A DNA stretch of 64,000 nt from an uncultured virus (IMG/VR IMGVR_UViG_3300028920_001041) (Duplodnaviria > Heunggongvirae > Uroviricota > Caudoviricetes), in IMG/VR virus record IMGVR_UViG_3300028920_001041; one strand, written 5' to 3'. The position numbers and the translations under genes are program-made. The notes under the pieces were generated by a model. It was given only the letters and a program-made list of their open reading frames with translations, was not told the DNA's origin and searched no databases. Below are positions 36,994 to 46,900 of the stretch, piece after piece. The stretch's first letter is position 1. The number at the start of each line of letters is the position of its first letter.

Positions 36994-38112
36994 TTAGCCA
37001 ACATTTTGAATAGATCCTTTTACCATTTCTTGGAATAATTCATTGTCTTTTAATTCATGAACAATTCTCATCGATTGTTTATATAAGATATGTAATAATT
37101 CACAAACACCATCTACTGGTTCACAATAGTTAGCATTTGATTCATCAGTTTTTAATTGCTGAAAAGTACATCCAGCGTTACAATATTGATATAATTCACA
37201 TGTTTGACATTTATCATAGACTCGAGGATTAGCAACTTGTGGCGATTGCATAATATTAACAGTGTCACCAAATTCGATATTATTTATTGAATCATATAAT
37301 GGATTAATATCATTTGATCCAAATCTTGCACATGGATACACTAAACCATCTGGCATAAAACCAGCACCATTAACTCCAGCAAAACACCCAAATGGTCTTT
37401 TACCATAAGTTGTTCCAAAAAGAAGATCTAAAATATATAATTGGAAGAATCCAATAGTGGTTCTTATACCACTTTTAATATATTTTATCATTTGGGCTGC
37501 CAGTTTTTCTGCCTCTATTTCAAATCTCTTTACATCATCTTCTGTCCAGATATTATCTCGAACAATTGAGAAATCTGGACTTGGTAAATTAAATTCCTCA
37601 ACGAACCATTTATAGTTATCAACTAAAGTATCGATACTCTCAGGAGATACCATCACTTTACACCCTCCTTGTCCACTAAATCTAGACTTAAGAGGCTCTT
37701 CTAAATAAAGACTTAGACTAGAACTTCCGTCTTTAAGAGGTCTATTATGTTGATTCCATAGTCCGTCAAAAGATAGCGAAATCGCCAAATTATTTTTTTG
37801 AAAGTAATCCCACTTGTCACCATCCACAAACTCTAAACCATTAGTCATTGCTATAATAAAAGTACATCTAGGATCTTTTTTAAAGATTGGAACAATATAT
37901 TCAATTAATTTCCAATTTAATAGTGGTTCTCCACCAAATAAAGCTGCGTGATAATCATGTCGATTATATTTTTTCATCATTTTCGGCAGAGTATTATAAT
38001 AATGCGCATCAAAAACCTCTCGAGTCATATCTTTTGGCTTCTGATTAATATAACAATATGTACACGCCATATTACATCGTTCTGTAAGTACTAATTGAAA
38101 CTCAAATGACAT
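36994..38112 (-). CDS. radical SAM/SPASM peptide-maturase-like enzyme
   Basis: CNMACTYC, FGGEP, SFDG, GCFAG...GLVYPC...CQTC...CNAGC...C. Confidence 0.92.
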   Translation of the reverse strand: MSFEFQLVLTERCNMACTYCYINQKPKDMTREVFDAHYYNTLPKMMKKYNRHDYHAALFGGEPLLNWKLIEYIVPIFKKDPRCTFIIAMTNGLEFVDGDKWDYFQKNNLAISLSFDGLWNQHNRPLKDGSSSLSLYLEEPLKSRFSGQGGCKVMVSPESIDTLVDNYKWFVEEFNLPSPDFSIVRDNIWTEDDVKRFEIEAEKLAAQMIKYIKSGIRTTIGFFQLYILDLLFGTTYGKRPFGCFAGVNGAGFMPDGLVYPCARFGSNDINPLYDSINNIEFGDTVNIMQSPQVANPRVYDKCQTCELYQYCNAGCTFQQLKTDESNANYCEPVDGVCELLHILYKQSMRIVHELKDNELFQEMVKGSIQNVG

Positions 38113-38123
38113 TCAATTTCACC

Positions 38124-38726
38124 TTATTTGATTACACATTCGACAAGTTTTTCAGAGGGCGAATCATTTGTTTCTAATGACATACCAATCTTATCAAGTT
38201 TTTCATTCATGTTTTCAATCGCTCTTGCGCAGCCACCACCAGCAGATACAATTGGTTGGCCTTTTCTAATCTGTCCCACAATTCTTACCGGAACACGACC
38301 TGTTAAACCAACTGCTTCCCCTTCTCCTGCAAAATTCATAAGATACGCAGGATTAGGAGAAAATACACCAACTACATTCTCAGCTAATTCATCATCGCAA
38401 ATCTGTAAATCTGCATCATCATCATCACAGACGCGTAATACTGTGCCTTCTGGAACAGTACCTTCTTTTATACTAAATCTTTCCGCTAAGTCGGCATATT
38501 TAGCGTAACTCGCAGTTCCCACAAAACTAACACTATAAACTGCTTTATACCTTTGACCGCTTCTTCCAAGGTCAATAGTGTTATCCGTATTTGGGGACAT
38601 TTCATCTGAATCGACAAAAATTCCACCTGAATGAAGATTTGAATAATATCCATCATTCCATCTTTTAGCAGGAGTACCAATGCTACCTTCACCAGTAGCT
38701 CGAGGAACTATATTTCTCGTAGCCAT
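38124..38726 (-). CDS. short fibre-type protein with peptidase-G2-like autoprocessing domain
   Basis: YADLAERF...GVFSPNPAYLMN...GRVPVRIVG. Confidence 0.75.
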   Translation of the reverse strand: MATRNIVPRATGEGSIGTPAKRWNDGYYSNLHSGGIFVDSDEMSPNTDNTIDLGRSGQRYKAVYSVSFVGTASYAKYADLAERFSIKEGTVPEGTVLRVCDDDDADLQICDDELAENVVGVFSPNPAYLMNFAGEGEAVGLTGRVPVRIVGQIRKGQPIVSAGGGCARAIENMNEKLDKIGMSLETNDSPSEKLVECVIK

Positions 38727-38751
38727 TCGATTAACCTCCAAAAATTATAAT

Positions 38752-39726
38752 TTATGCAGCCTGTAAAGTTAAATCATCATTACCATCAAGTTCAAAGAAC
38801 ACATCCGGATCTGATGATGGGGAAGCAAGAGGCGTTAAATCACCGCTGCCATCATCTTCAAACAAACCATTTATAATTGGGTCTTCTTCACTAGGAGCTA
38901 CATTGCCAGAAGCATCAGTAACCCAACCATATCCAATTGTTGAGGGACCAACACCACCAACGGCGTCATTAATAAACTGAACAAAATCGCTCCATGCTAT
39001 TTCACTGTATCTTTTAGTCACTGGGTTGTAAAGAATAAATTGATCAGATGATTGTACTTGATCTGTTATTGGAGCAGCATCTGTAAGAACTTCTCTCCAT
39101 TTAGCATCTACTCCCGGAGAACACTCAGTACAAACAAAAGTTTTATCAGTGGCTCTATTAATCCATTGCTGTCCTATAAAATGTCCAGCATCCCTATTAT
39201 CAGATGGTAAAGGATCTCTAGACTCAGTAGAAACTGTATTAACAATGGGAAACAGTTTTGATCCGCCGTCTATCCATGTACCAGAAAGCCAATGACCAGC
39301 AGGTTCGTCCCACTTTAAATAAGCGGATGCTAAATCTCCTCGACGAACTCTTAGCTGACCATAAGGGTCTGGAACTCCTGATATATTATTCTTATTTACT
39401 GTAATCGTACCACCATCAAAAGAAGCATTACCAATAGCATTTAAAACAAAATTATTAGCATCTACAGTGAAATTACCATCACCCAAATCAAAATGAGCAG
39501 CTTGGTCGGATCCATCGCCGAAGACAATTCCTCCGGCGAGTAGATCCGAAGATAGCACGATGACCCATTTGCCAGTGTCCCTATCTATTAATGTGAATAT
39601 TCTACCAGTAGTTTTGTTTACCCATATCGTACCTTCAACAAAACCTTCAGACTTGTTTTGGGCAGGAGTTGGGTCAGATAATTCAACAACAACTCTTGGG
39701 AAACTGATAACAGAAAGGTCAGACAT
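38752..39726 (-). CDS. putative tail-fibre/structural protein
   Basis: GTIWVN and GQQWIN repeats; RRGDLASAYLKWDE motif shared with neighbouring fibre genes. Confidence 0.65.
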   Translation of the reverse strand: MSDLSVISFPRVVVELSDPTPAQNKSEGFVEGTIWVNKTTGRIFTLIDRDTGKWVIVLSSDLLAGGIVFGDGSDQAAHFDLGDGNFTVDANNFVLNAIGNASFDGGTITVNKNNISGVPDPYGQLRVRRGDLASAYLKWDEPAGHWLSGTWIDGGSKLFPIVNTVSTESRDPLPSDNRDAGHFIGQQWINRATDKTFVCTECSPGVDAKWREVLTDAAPITDQVQSSDQFILYNPVTKRYSEIAWSDFVQFINDAVGGVGPSTIGYGWVTDASGNVAPSEEDPIINGLFEDDGSGDLTPLASPSSDPDVFFELDGNDDLTLQAA

Positions 39727-39740
39727 ACTTTCCTCCAATT

Positions 39741-42700
39741 TTACTTGATTATACACATTACGAGTTTTTCTTCATTCTCAAGATTTTCTTCAATAGACTG
39801 TCCTATCTTGTAAAGAAGTTCACTCTCTTTTCTAATTGCACGAGCAGCACCTTTTCCCGCAGAAACGATTACTTGTCCTTTACCAATAGGTCCTATAATT
39901 CTAACAGGAACCTTACCAGTAAGACCCACAACTACACCATCTGATTCATCATTCATCAAATAGCCAGGATCTGCAGAACAAACACCAGCGACGTTTTTAC
40001 AGAGTTCAGTACCACACTCCTCAACTTCGTATTCTCCAGAATCACAAGCCTTCATGATTGTTCCTGGATATACGTCATCTTCAGCACAGGTATATTTTTC
40101 GGCAAGATCAGCGTAACGAGCAGATGTTGCTTGCCCTGATACAATACCACTGGTCCAAATATTATTTCCTAATGCAGCAGTTGGACTACCGTTTTGTGCC
40201 CATACAAGCTGATGACCTACTGCTCTTAAGGATGCACTATACTGATATGCTGCACCATAGAGATTACCAAAATCGGCACCTGAGGCACTATTCCTAAAAG
40301 ACGTACCCATAGACCAAATATGCTGAGTCTTAGTTTGGTCATAAGTACCAAATATACCTTCATCTCTATTAGCATCTGGAACAACAATAGCAGAAACTAA
40401 GTAATCATCTTCTCCAGATTTCAAAAGATTAGAGGCATTATATCCATCAACAGTGTCCGCGTCAAGACCATTTCCTGCCCCCTCATCTGCAACTGTGAGA
40501 ACTCTATTGTTAAAAACTAGAACTTCATCTGCAACACCACCGGATGCGGTAATTCTTAAAGGATAAGGAGTCGTACCCGTATTTGGATACCGAATAGTGA
40601 ACGCCTCACCATCAGCAGTTAGATGCCAATCACCAGCAACATCATCTGATTCACTAAGTATAAATTGTGGTGCAATATTATTAATAGCAATATTTCCAAT
40701 AGTGATTTGATGACTTACATCTTTTCTCAAAATATTGGCAGCTTCAACACCATCAACAGTATCTGCATCTAGACCTGATCCAGTACCATCATTACCAGCG
40801 TGCCAAATTTCATTACCTTTCCACTCGAAGAAGTCTTTATCAATATAGACTAACTCTCTAGCGGCATCATGCCTAACACTCTCATCACATGTGATCAATA
40901 AAGCCCCATCCATTGTCGGGTTACCATCCACCAGATTCATTAAACGAGTATCATTAGGTTGATGTGCCCCTAGCGTCGGAGTGCCTGTACGATCACCGCC
41001 ATCCTGAAATGATAAACCTTCTCCTATTTGTGACATATATAATGGTCTTGAATTACCTGCTATCGATAAAGTACCATTGAATGTATCATCAACATTACTT
41101 CTCAAATAAGCACTACCATTAACGCCATCAAGCAACTCAGAATCTGCAGCTTTCGCAGTGGTTCCTAATTTACCTGCAAGACCATTGTCAACGTAAGTTT
41201 TAGCAGCAAGTTGACTTGGATAATCACTATCGGAAGCTGATCCTCCACCTAACCCTGTATCGGTGTTTAGATTATTCAGATTGGCATAGTTATTGACAAT
41301 TTCTGTTTCAGTGTAATAACGATTATCATGATTATGACTATCATTCGCAACAGTCGCAACAATATTAACATTCGCAGAACCGTCAAACGATACAGAACCT
41401 GTAACATCACCTGACAAGCTAATATCTCTAGCATTGTTAAGTTTTGCTGCATTTTCCGCAACACCCTTAAACGTCTGGGCATAGATTTCAGCGAAACGAT
41501 GTGTAGCATCACCGATATCATATGTAATATCTGCGCTCGGTGTAGTATTAGCGTTTCTTCTCAAAAATCTTGTATCTTGCTCTGTTTCTGTATAATATCG
41601 AGTATCATGAGTATGACTATCGTTTACAACAGCGGCAGTTATACCAGCGTCACCTGTACCATCAAAAGAAACTGTACCTGTGACATCCCCTGACAATGTA
41701 ATATTACGAGCGGTTTCTAGCGCTGTCGCCGTAGCGGCATTGCCATCTAATTCGCCATGAATAGTCGTGCCATGTATATCAGAGAATTTAGCACCTGCTG
41801 AACCAAGACTATGCGTATCATCCGCATCTGGTAAAGCATCAGCATTACGACGTAAATATACAGAATCATGATTATGAACACTTAATTCGAGATCGGTCAT
41901 AGATCCTGTAATACCTGCTTGCCATTTATCTGTTGCTTCATTATATATAAGTCTAGCATTCGGCAAATTGCCGCGTTCAATTTCAATACCACCAGACCCT
42001 GCAGTTATACCATCCCCAGTTTGATTCTTATTAAGAACAATTTCATTATCCTCAACCTGAAGAGTTGCAGTATCAACAGTGGTTGTCTCACCATTAACAT
42101 AAAGATTTCCTTGAACAGTTAAATCTCCACTACTTTCCACTTCCCCTGCTGTGATTTTACCAGCAGCATCTAGAGTGACGTTATTTGCAATAATTGTAAA
42201 ATCATTAGCAGCGCCACAATTGACAGCAATATCATCATTACCATCACCCAAAGTAGCTTGTTCGCCAAAAGTAACTGGCGTCTGTACATCAAGAACACCT
42301 TTAATACTAATAGTGTTATTATCATCATAACCGAGATCAACATCTCCATCTACTCTAAGACTCTGATCAAATCTGACCTCAGCAGTACCCGTTGTTCGAA
42401 TTGAATCTACAGTTGCTACACCACTTGCTTCAAGATCTTTACAAGCGATAACACCTTGTCCGACATTTCCTTGTGCATCAAAGGAAAATTTATTGTTAAC
42501 CGTATCAAAAGATATCGGATAGTTTTGCCCGCCAACTTGAAACTGAAATACTGGTCTAACCTCAATTTCTCCACCACCTGGATTATATGTAAACGGCTTC
42601 AATGTAATATTCGAAGCTTGAATAGTAGGTACTTCAGCTGCCGAAGTCGGAGAAGCTCCAGCATCAATCGCTAGAGATGTACCTTCAAAGGTAGCATTAT

Positions 42701-43355
42701 CACCTACATGTACTGTGGTAGCAGATACATAAAGATCTTTAATCTTCTTAGTAGCAGAACCAATGTTAAGACTAGAATCATTTTCAGGAATTAAATCTCC
42801 TTTAAATGTAATCTCTTCAGTAGTTCCATTCCAGGAAAACATAGCATTTAAATCAGTTTGAGTCTGATCAAGAAGTGCAACAATATCTACACCGCTTACA
42901 GTAATGCTTGTCCCTTCTAATGTAATATTATCACCAACATTGAGAATTCCTGCGTTAACAGCAGGAGCATATTGTTCTGACGCTCCAAATACAACACATT
43001 TACCCTTTTCACCACTCAAGAAAGTTAATGTAATTTGATTTTCACTATCAATTGTTACACTACTCGGAATCATTTGTACATTATTTTCATCATATACAAT
43101 AAAGATAACATCTTCGGTTTGTAGATTATGACCGATGACCCAAGATGTTGATGAAATTCCCTGAGTAAATACATAATGTTGGTTTTTATTTGTAAGAGGA
43201 TACCAGGTTTCACTAGAATCAATAATGGCATAAAGATACAACACACCGCCCTTGAAACAAAATTGACCTACAGTAGGACTACCTGGAAAGTCAGTTTCCT
43301 CATCAAGAACAATGGTTGAACTGTTCATCAATAGATTGGTTAATACTTTTGCCAT
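39741..43355 (-). CDS. long tail-fibre protein with C-terminal peptidase-G2-like chaperone
   Basis: ARNITLSGDVTG repeats, HDxRYYTETE, WHAGNDGTGSGLDADTVDG, C-terminal YADLAEKY...PGYLMN...GKVPVR. Confidence 0.85.
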   Translation of the reverse strand: MAKVLTNLLMNSSTIVLDEETDFPGSPTVGQFCFKGGVLYLYAIIDSSETWYPLTNKNQHYVFTQGISSTSWVIGHNLQTEDVIFIVYDENNVQMIPSSVTIDSENQITLTFLSGEKGKCVVFGASEQYAPAVNAGILNVGDNITLEGTSITVSGVDIVALLDQTQTDLNAMFSWNGTTEEITFKGDLIPENDSSLNIGSATKKIKDLYVSATTVHVGDNATFEGTSLAIDAGASPTSAAEVPTIQASNITLKPFTYNPGGGEIEVRPVFQFQVGGQNYPISFDTVNNKFSFDAQGNVGQGVIACKDLEASGVATVDSIRTTGTAEVRFDQSLRVDGDVDLGYDDNNTISIKGVLDVQTPVTFGEQATLGDGNDDIAVNCGAANDFTIIANNVTLDAAGKITAGEVESSGDLTVQGNLYVNGETTTVDTATLQVEDNEIVLNKNQTGDGITAGSGGIEIERGNLPNARLIYNEATDKWQAGITGSMTDLELSVHNHDSVYLRRNADALPDADDTHSLGSAGAKFSDIHGTTIHGELDGNAATATALETARNITLSGDVTGTVSFDGTGDAGITAAVVNDSHTHDTRYYTETEQDTRFLRRNANTTPSADITYDIGDATHRFAEIYAQTFKGVAENAAKLNNARDISLSGDVTGSVSFDGSANVNIVATVANDSHNHDNRYYTETEIVNNYANLNNLNTDTGLGGGSASDSDYPSQLAAKTYVDNGLAGKLGTTAKAADSELLDGVNGSAYLRSNVDDTFNGTLSIAGNSRPLYMSQIGEGLSFQDGGDRTGTPTLGAHQPNDTRLMNLVDGNPTMDGALLITCDESVRHDAARELVYIDKDFFEWKGNEIWHAGNDGTGSGLDADTVDGVEAANILRKDVSHQITIGNIAINNIAPQFILSESDDVAGDWHLTADGEAFTIRYPNTGTTPYPLRITASGGVADEVLVFNNRVLTVADEGAGNGLDADTVDGYNASNLLKSGEDDYLVSAIVVPDANRDEGIFGTYDQTKTQHIWSMGTSFRNSASGADFGNLYGAAYQYSASLRAVGHQLVWAQNGSPTAALGNNIWTSGIVSGQATSARYADLAEKYTCAEDDVYPGTIMKACDSGEYEVEECGTELCKNVAGVCSADPGYLMNDESDGVVVGLTGKVPVRIIGPIGKGQVIVSAGKGAARAIRKESELLYKIGQSIEENLENEEKLVMCIIK

Positions 43356-43361
43356 AACAAA

Positions 43362-43595
43362 TTACTCTCCTGTTGAATTTGATTCAGTTTTCCATCCTTG
43401 AAGAAGCGTCTTACCTTGTTTCGCATCTCTTAGGACGAATATTAATCTGTATTGTTCACCTAATGCTTCTTTTACTCTACTGTAATGTCCATTCTCAAAA
43501 TCTTTTTCAATAGACCCAAGATTTTTTACTATTTGATCGACCCACATGTGCACTCTAGCAGCCATCAAATTTTTAGGATCGCTAAATGTTGGCAT
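43362..43595 (-). CDS. hypothetical protein
   Basis: 77-aa ORF with GGAG RBS, overlapping the upstream gene. Confidence 0.6.
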   Translation of the reverse strand: MPTFSDPKNLMAARVHMWVDQIVKNLGSIEKDFENGHYSRVKEALGEQYRLIFVLRDAKQGKTLLQGWKTESNSTGE

Positions 43596-43830
43596 TTTTA
43601 GATTTCTCCAACTTTATTAAATTAAGTTCTAATTTAGAAAATCTACCATGGATTATTTGGAGAAGTTCTTCAAATTTTTTATCATCCATATATGAGTACT
43701 TGAGTTGATCTGTCTCACTTCTTAAAAACTTAATAATCTTTCTAGATGATTCTTGTAAATTAACAACAGAACTATCTCCTTGCGGTTGAAACTCAACCGG
43801 ATTTTTTAACACACCACTATCTTCTTCCAT
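43582..43830 (-). CDS. hypothetical protein
   Basis: 82-aa ORF with GAGG RBS. Confidence 0.6.
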   Translation of the reverse strand: MEEDSGVLKNPVEFQPQGDSSVVNLQESSRKIIKFLRSETDQLKYSYMDDKKFEELLQIIHGRFSKLELNLIKLEKSKNANI

Positions 43831-43851
43831 TGAAAAATCCTCTGAACTTAT

Positions 43852-43883
43852 GAGGAGGGGTGCAAATTTCTACACCCCTCTTC
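43852..43883 (-). terminator. stem-loop after the fibre gene
   Basis: GAGGAGGGGTG/CACCCCTCTTC stem. Confidence 0.5.
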
Positions 43884-43892
43884 TCTCAAAAA

Positions 43893-45053
43893 TTAGGACA
43901 ATGCAGCAGTCGATCTCACAATAGCCTTAATGTCGCGAGATTCAGTAAGATCAACAGTTACAGAATTACCATCGGTGACAGTAATACCAACCAAATCATT
44001 ACGATATTTCAGATCATCATCTTTTACCCATACAGTGACATCTACCATTTGATCACCCAAGTTATGGGTAACCGTGTGAGAAGTAGCGGCAGAACTTGAA
44101 GTAAAGGTGAAGACTAGAGCGTCAATAGCGGTTTCGAGAGTATTTACAGCACTTGTGACAGCAGTTCCACGATCAGTAATTTCAGTAGCTAGACCATCAG
44201 TGACAGTCTTTAGCTGTGCGTCAAGGTCAATAAGATCTGCAGTTACATCAGCATTACCATTGATATAGTTTTTACCACTATGAGCAACATAAGCACCAGC
44301 GGTACTTACCATAGCACCCATAGCACCTTCAATTGCATCAACTTCATTTTGAACACCAGTAACAGCACTCCCACGATTGGTAATTTCAGTCTGGAGAGCA
44401 GTATCAAGATCCAAAAGATCTGTAGTGATATTCGTATTTCCATCAATAAAATTACTTGTGGTGTGTGCAACATAAACACCAGAAGCATTTACAACAGCAC
44501 CAAGAGAAGTTTCCAGGGCATCAATTTCAGTCTGAGCTGTACCCCGAGCATCGGAGACTGCCTTAAGGGAAGTATCAAGATCCAAAAGATCTGCAGTGAT
44601 AGAAGCATTACCATCAATGTAATTAGAACCACTATGAGCAACATAAGCTCCAGCGGCACTAATTGCGGCACCAATAGCGGCTTCCATTGCATTAATTTCA
44701 TCCTGAGCGGAATCAAGACCCGTATCTAGATCTGTTAAATCCTCAGAAACAGCAGCATTACCATTAATATAGTTGGTTCCACTAAAGGCCACATAATTAC
44801 CATCAGTTCCAACTACTCCACCCATAGCACCTTCGATGTTATCAACTTCAGTCTGAAGTGCAACAATCGTAGTACCAGTAGCTGCACCAATTGCATCAGC
44901 ATTTGCTTTAATCTGAGTATCCAAATCCAGAAGATCAGTTGTTACATTGGTGTTGGCATTAATGTAGTTGGTTCCAGTATGAGCAACATAATCACCAGAA
45001 GTGTCAACCATAGCACCCAGAGCAGCTTCAATACCATCTACTTCATCATTCAA
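43893..45053 (-). CDS. C-terminal part of a repeat-rich fibre protein (frameshift-separated)
   Basis: ~45-aa repeats (GxYVAHxGxNYIxGN...DLxDLD); no RBS; continues the repeat pattern of 45050..46843. Confidence 0.75.
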   Translation of the reverse strand: MNDEVDGIEAALGAMVDTSGDYVAHTGTNYINANTNVTTDLLDLDTQIKANADAIGAATGTTIVALQTEVDNIEGAMGGVVGTDGNYVAFSGTNYINGNAAVSEDLTDLDTGLDSAQDEINAMEAAIGAAISAAGAYVAHSGSNYIDGNASITADLLDLDTSLKAVSDARGTAQTEIDALETSLGAVVNASGVYVAHTTSNFIDGNTNITTDLLDLDTALQTEITNRGSAVTGVQNEVDAIEGAMGAMVSTAGAYVAHSGKNYINGNADVTADLIDLDAQLKTVTDGLATEITDRGTAVTSAVNTLETAIDALVFTFTSSSAATSHTVTHNLGDQMVDVTVWVKDDDLKYRNDLVGITVTDGNSVTVDLTESRDIKAIVRSTAALS

Positions 45054-46843
45054 GGTATAATATTATCTTGGAGAGTACCATCAGCATTACCTCGAGCAGT
45101 AGCTTCATTACCAACAGCAGTTCCTCTATCGATAACCTCTTGTGCAATGTCATCCTCATTCGATTTAATTGCAGTATCAAGAGCAGACATACCATTAACG
45201 ATAGAAGTTGATCCGCCCAAGTAATTAGAAGCAGGAGCCGTATACGCCCCACCAGTACCAAGTCCAGCACCAGCCTCCGTAGCATCTAATTCACTCTGAA
45301 TTGCACTATCACCGTTGGTACGATTTGTTATTTCAGTAGATAACCCGTCAGTATTGGTTTTGATTTGATCATCCAGAAGTGAATCAGCATTTGTGAGAGA
45401 GGTAGCACCACTAATGTAATCTGCACTACCATCAGCTGAATAAGCTCCACCAGTACCAAGACCGGCACCTGTCTGAGTATTATCAAGTTCAGTCTGAATA
45501 TTAGAGATATTTGTCATGACACTATCAGTAACCTTCAAACCAGATGCTCCAAGAGTAAGAGTAGCACCATCCAATTTGATACCAATTTCAGCAGCAGAAG
45601 CAGTTGAAGGAGTACTACCATCTTCAGTTAACTGAAGACCACCAGTAGCATAAAGATCAATTCCGATTTCATCACCAGGCAATTCAACAATACCAGCACC
45701 AAAATTCAGATAAATTTCATTACCAGTCTTGGCAATACCAGCACCTGCTGTAAGTTGTCCTGCACCTGAGAACTGTACCCAAACAATATCATCAGTTCCA
45801 ACATCAACATTACCTGTAAACTGAACAACAAATCCCATATTCTGATATGATGTACCTTCTTCAACAAAGCAGAAAGATCCACCTGATACTTCATTAGCAG
45901 GCGTACCATCAAAATCAGTCGTTCTAGTCCATGCTCCACCATCAACAGCAAGATAAATACCATTGTCTACTGCACTAGCCTGTGCTCTAACCAAAACACG
46001 ATCACCAGCAGCAACATTAACACCATCAACTGTCTGAAGACCGGATAGGGTAATAGCAGCAGTAGTTGCACATCGAGCAGATTCTTTAGGATCAAGACCT
46101 GCGCTGAAAGCATCCACATAATTCTTCGTTGCAGCATCTCCGGAATCAACAGGCTCTGCAAGCCCAGTAACCCGATAAGTTCCACCAAATCCCAGGCTTC
46201 CACTCATTGTTCCGCCAGTGAGATTTACTTTAAGGGCATCCTGAGATGCTCGAGTACTAGCTTCACTAGAAATAGCTGCTGCATTTGCTGCTGCTGCAGC
46301 ATCCAATTTAGCATCTGCATCATGCAAACTGGTAGCACTATCTAGGTAATCAGAACCGGAAGGTTGCTGATATTGCCCATCAGAAGCCAAACCAGCACCA
46401 GTCTGAGTGGTATCCAATTCAGTCTGAAGACCAGATAGGGAAGTTCCAGATCCACCAGTTACATCATCAATATCCTGCATTGCTTGATCGACATTGTTCA
46501 GAAGCAAGTCTAGGGCGTCTGCAACTGTACCTGCAGTAAGTGAAAGTTGTCCCTGTGCACCAACTTGTCCATCATAACCCATAACGGAGGCACCAGAAGA
46601 ATCTCCAGTTTGGGCTGTGATACTTGCTACAAATGTATCATAATCTTCTTTGTCTTTAATAGACCTAATGATAACTTGTCCACCACCATTAAGTGTTGAG
46701 AATTTAAAAAGCTTTGAGGTTTCGTTAAACCAAGCTCGACCAGGCTCTACAACTGTAGGATCGGAGGCAAGGCTTTCTACGACCATATTTTCAATATAAC
46801 CATTTTGTGCAACTGTTAATCCATGTGCCTTTTGAAACGCCAT
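45050..46843 (-). CDS. N-terminal part of a fibre/decoration protein
   Basis: AAGGAG RBS; DAATKNYVD, ITLSGLQTVDGV...GDRVLV...NGIY motif of phage fibre proteins. Confidence 0.82.
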   Translation of the reverse strand: MAFQKAHGLTVAQNGYIENMVVESLASDPTVVEPGRAWFNETSKLFKFSTLNGGGQVIIRSIKDKEDYDTFVASITAQTGDSSGASVMGYDGQVGAQGQLSLTAGTVADALDLLLNNVDQAMQDIDDVTGGSGTSLSGLQTELDTTQTGAGLASDGQYQQPSGSDYLDSATSLHDADAKLDAAAAANAAAISSEASTRASQDALKVNLTGGTMSGSLGFGGTYRVTGLAEPVDSGDAATKNYVDAFSAGLDPKESARCATTAAITLSGLQTVDGVNVAAGDRVLVRAQASAVDNGIYLAVDGGAWTRTTDFDGTPANEVSGGSFCFVEEGTSYQNMGFVVQFTGNVDVGTDDIVWVQFSGAGQLTAGAGIAKTGNEIYLNFGAGIVELPGDEIGIDLYATGGLQLTEDGSTPSTASAAEIGIKLDGATLTLGASGLKVTDSVMTNISNIQTELDNTQTGAGLGTGGAYSADGSADYISGATSLTNADSLLDDQIKTNTDGLSTEITNRTNGDSAIQSELDATEAGAGLGTGGAYTAPASNYLGGSTSIVNGMSALDTAIKSNEDDIAQEVIDRGTAVGNEATARGNADGTLQDNIIP

Positions 46844-46900
46844 AATTTAAATCTCCTTGTAATTCTCTTTTGGGATCAATTGTCTAAGTCACTTTCAATA

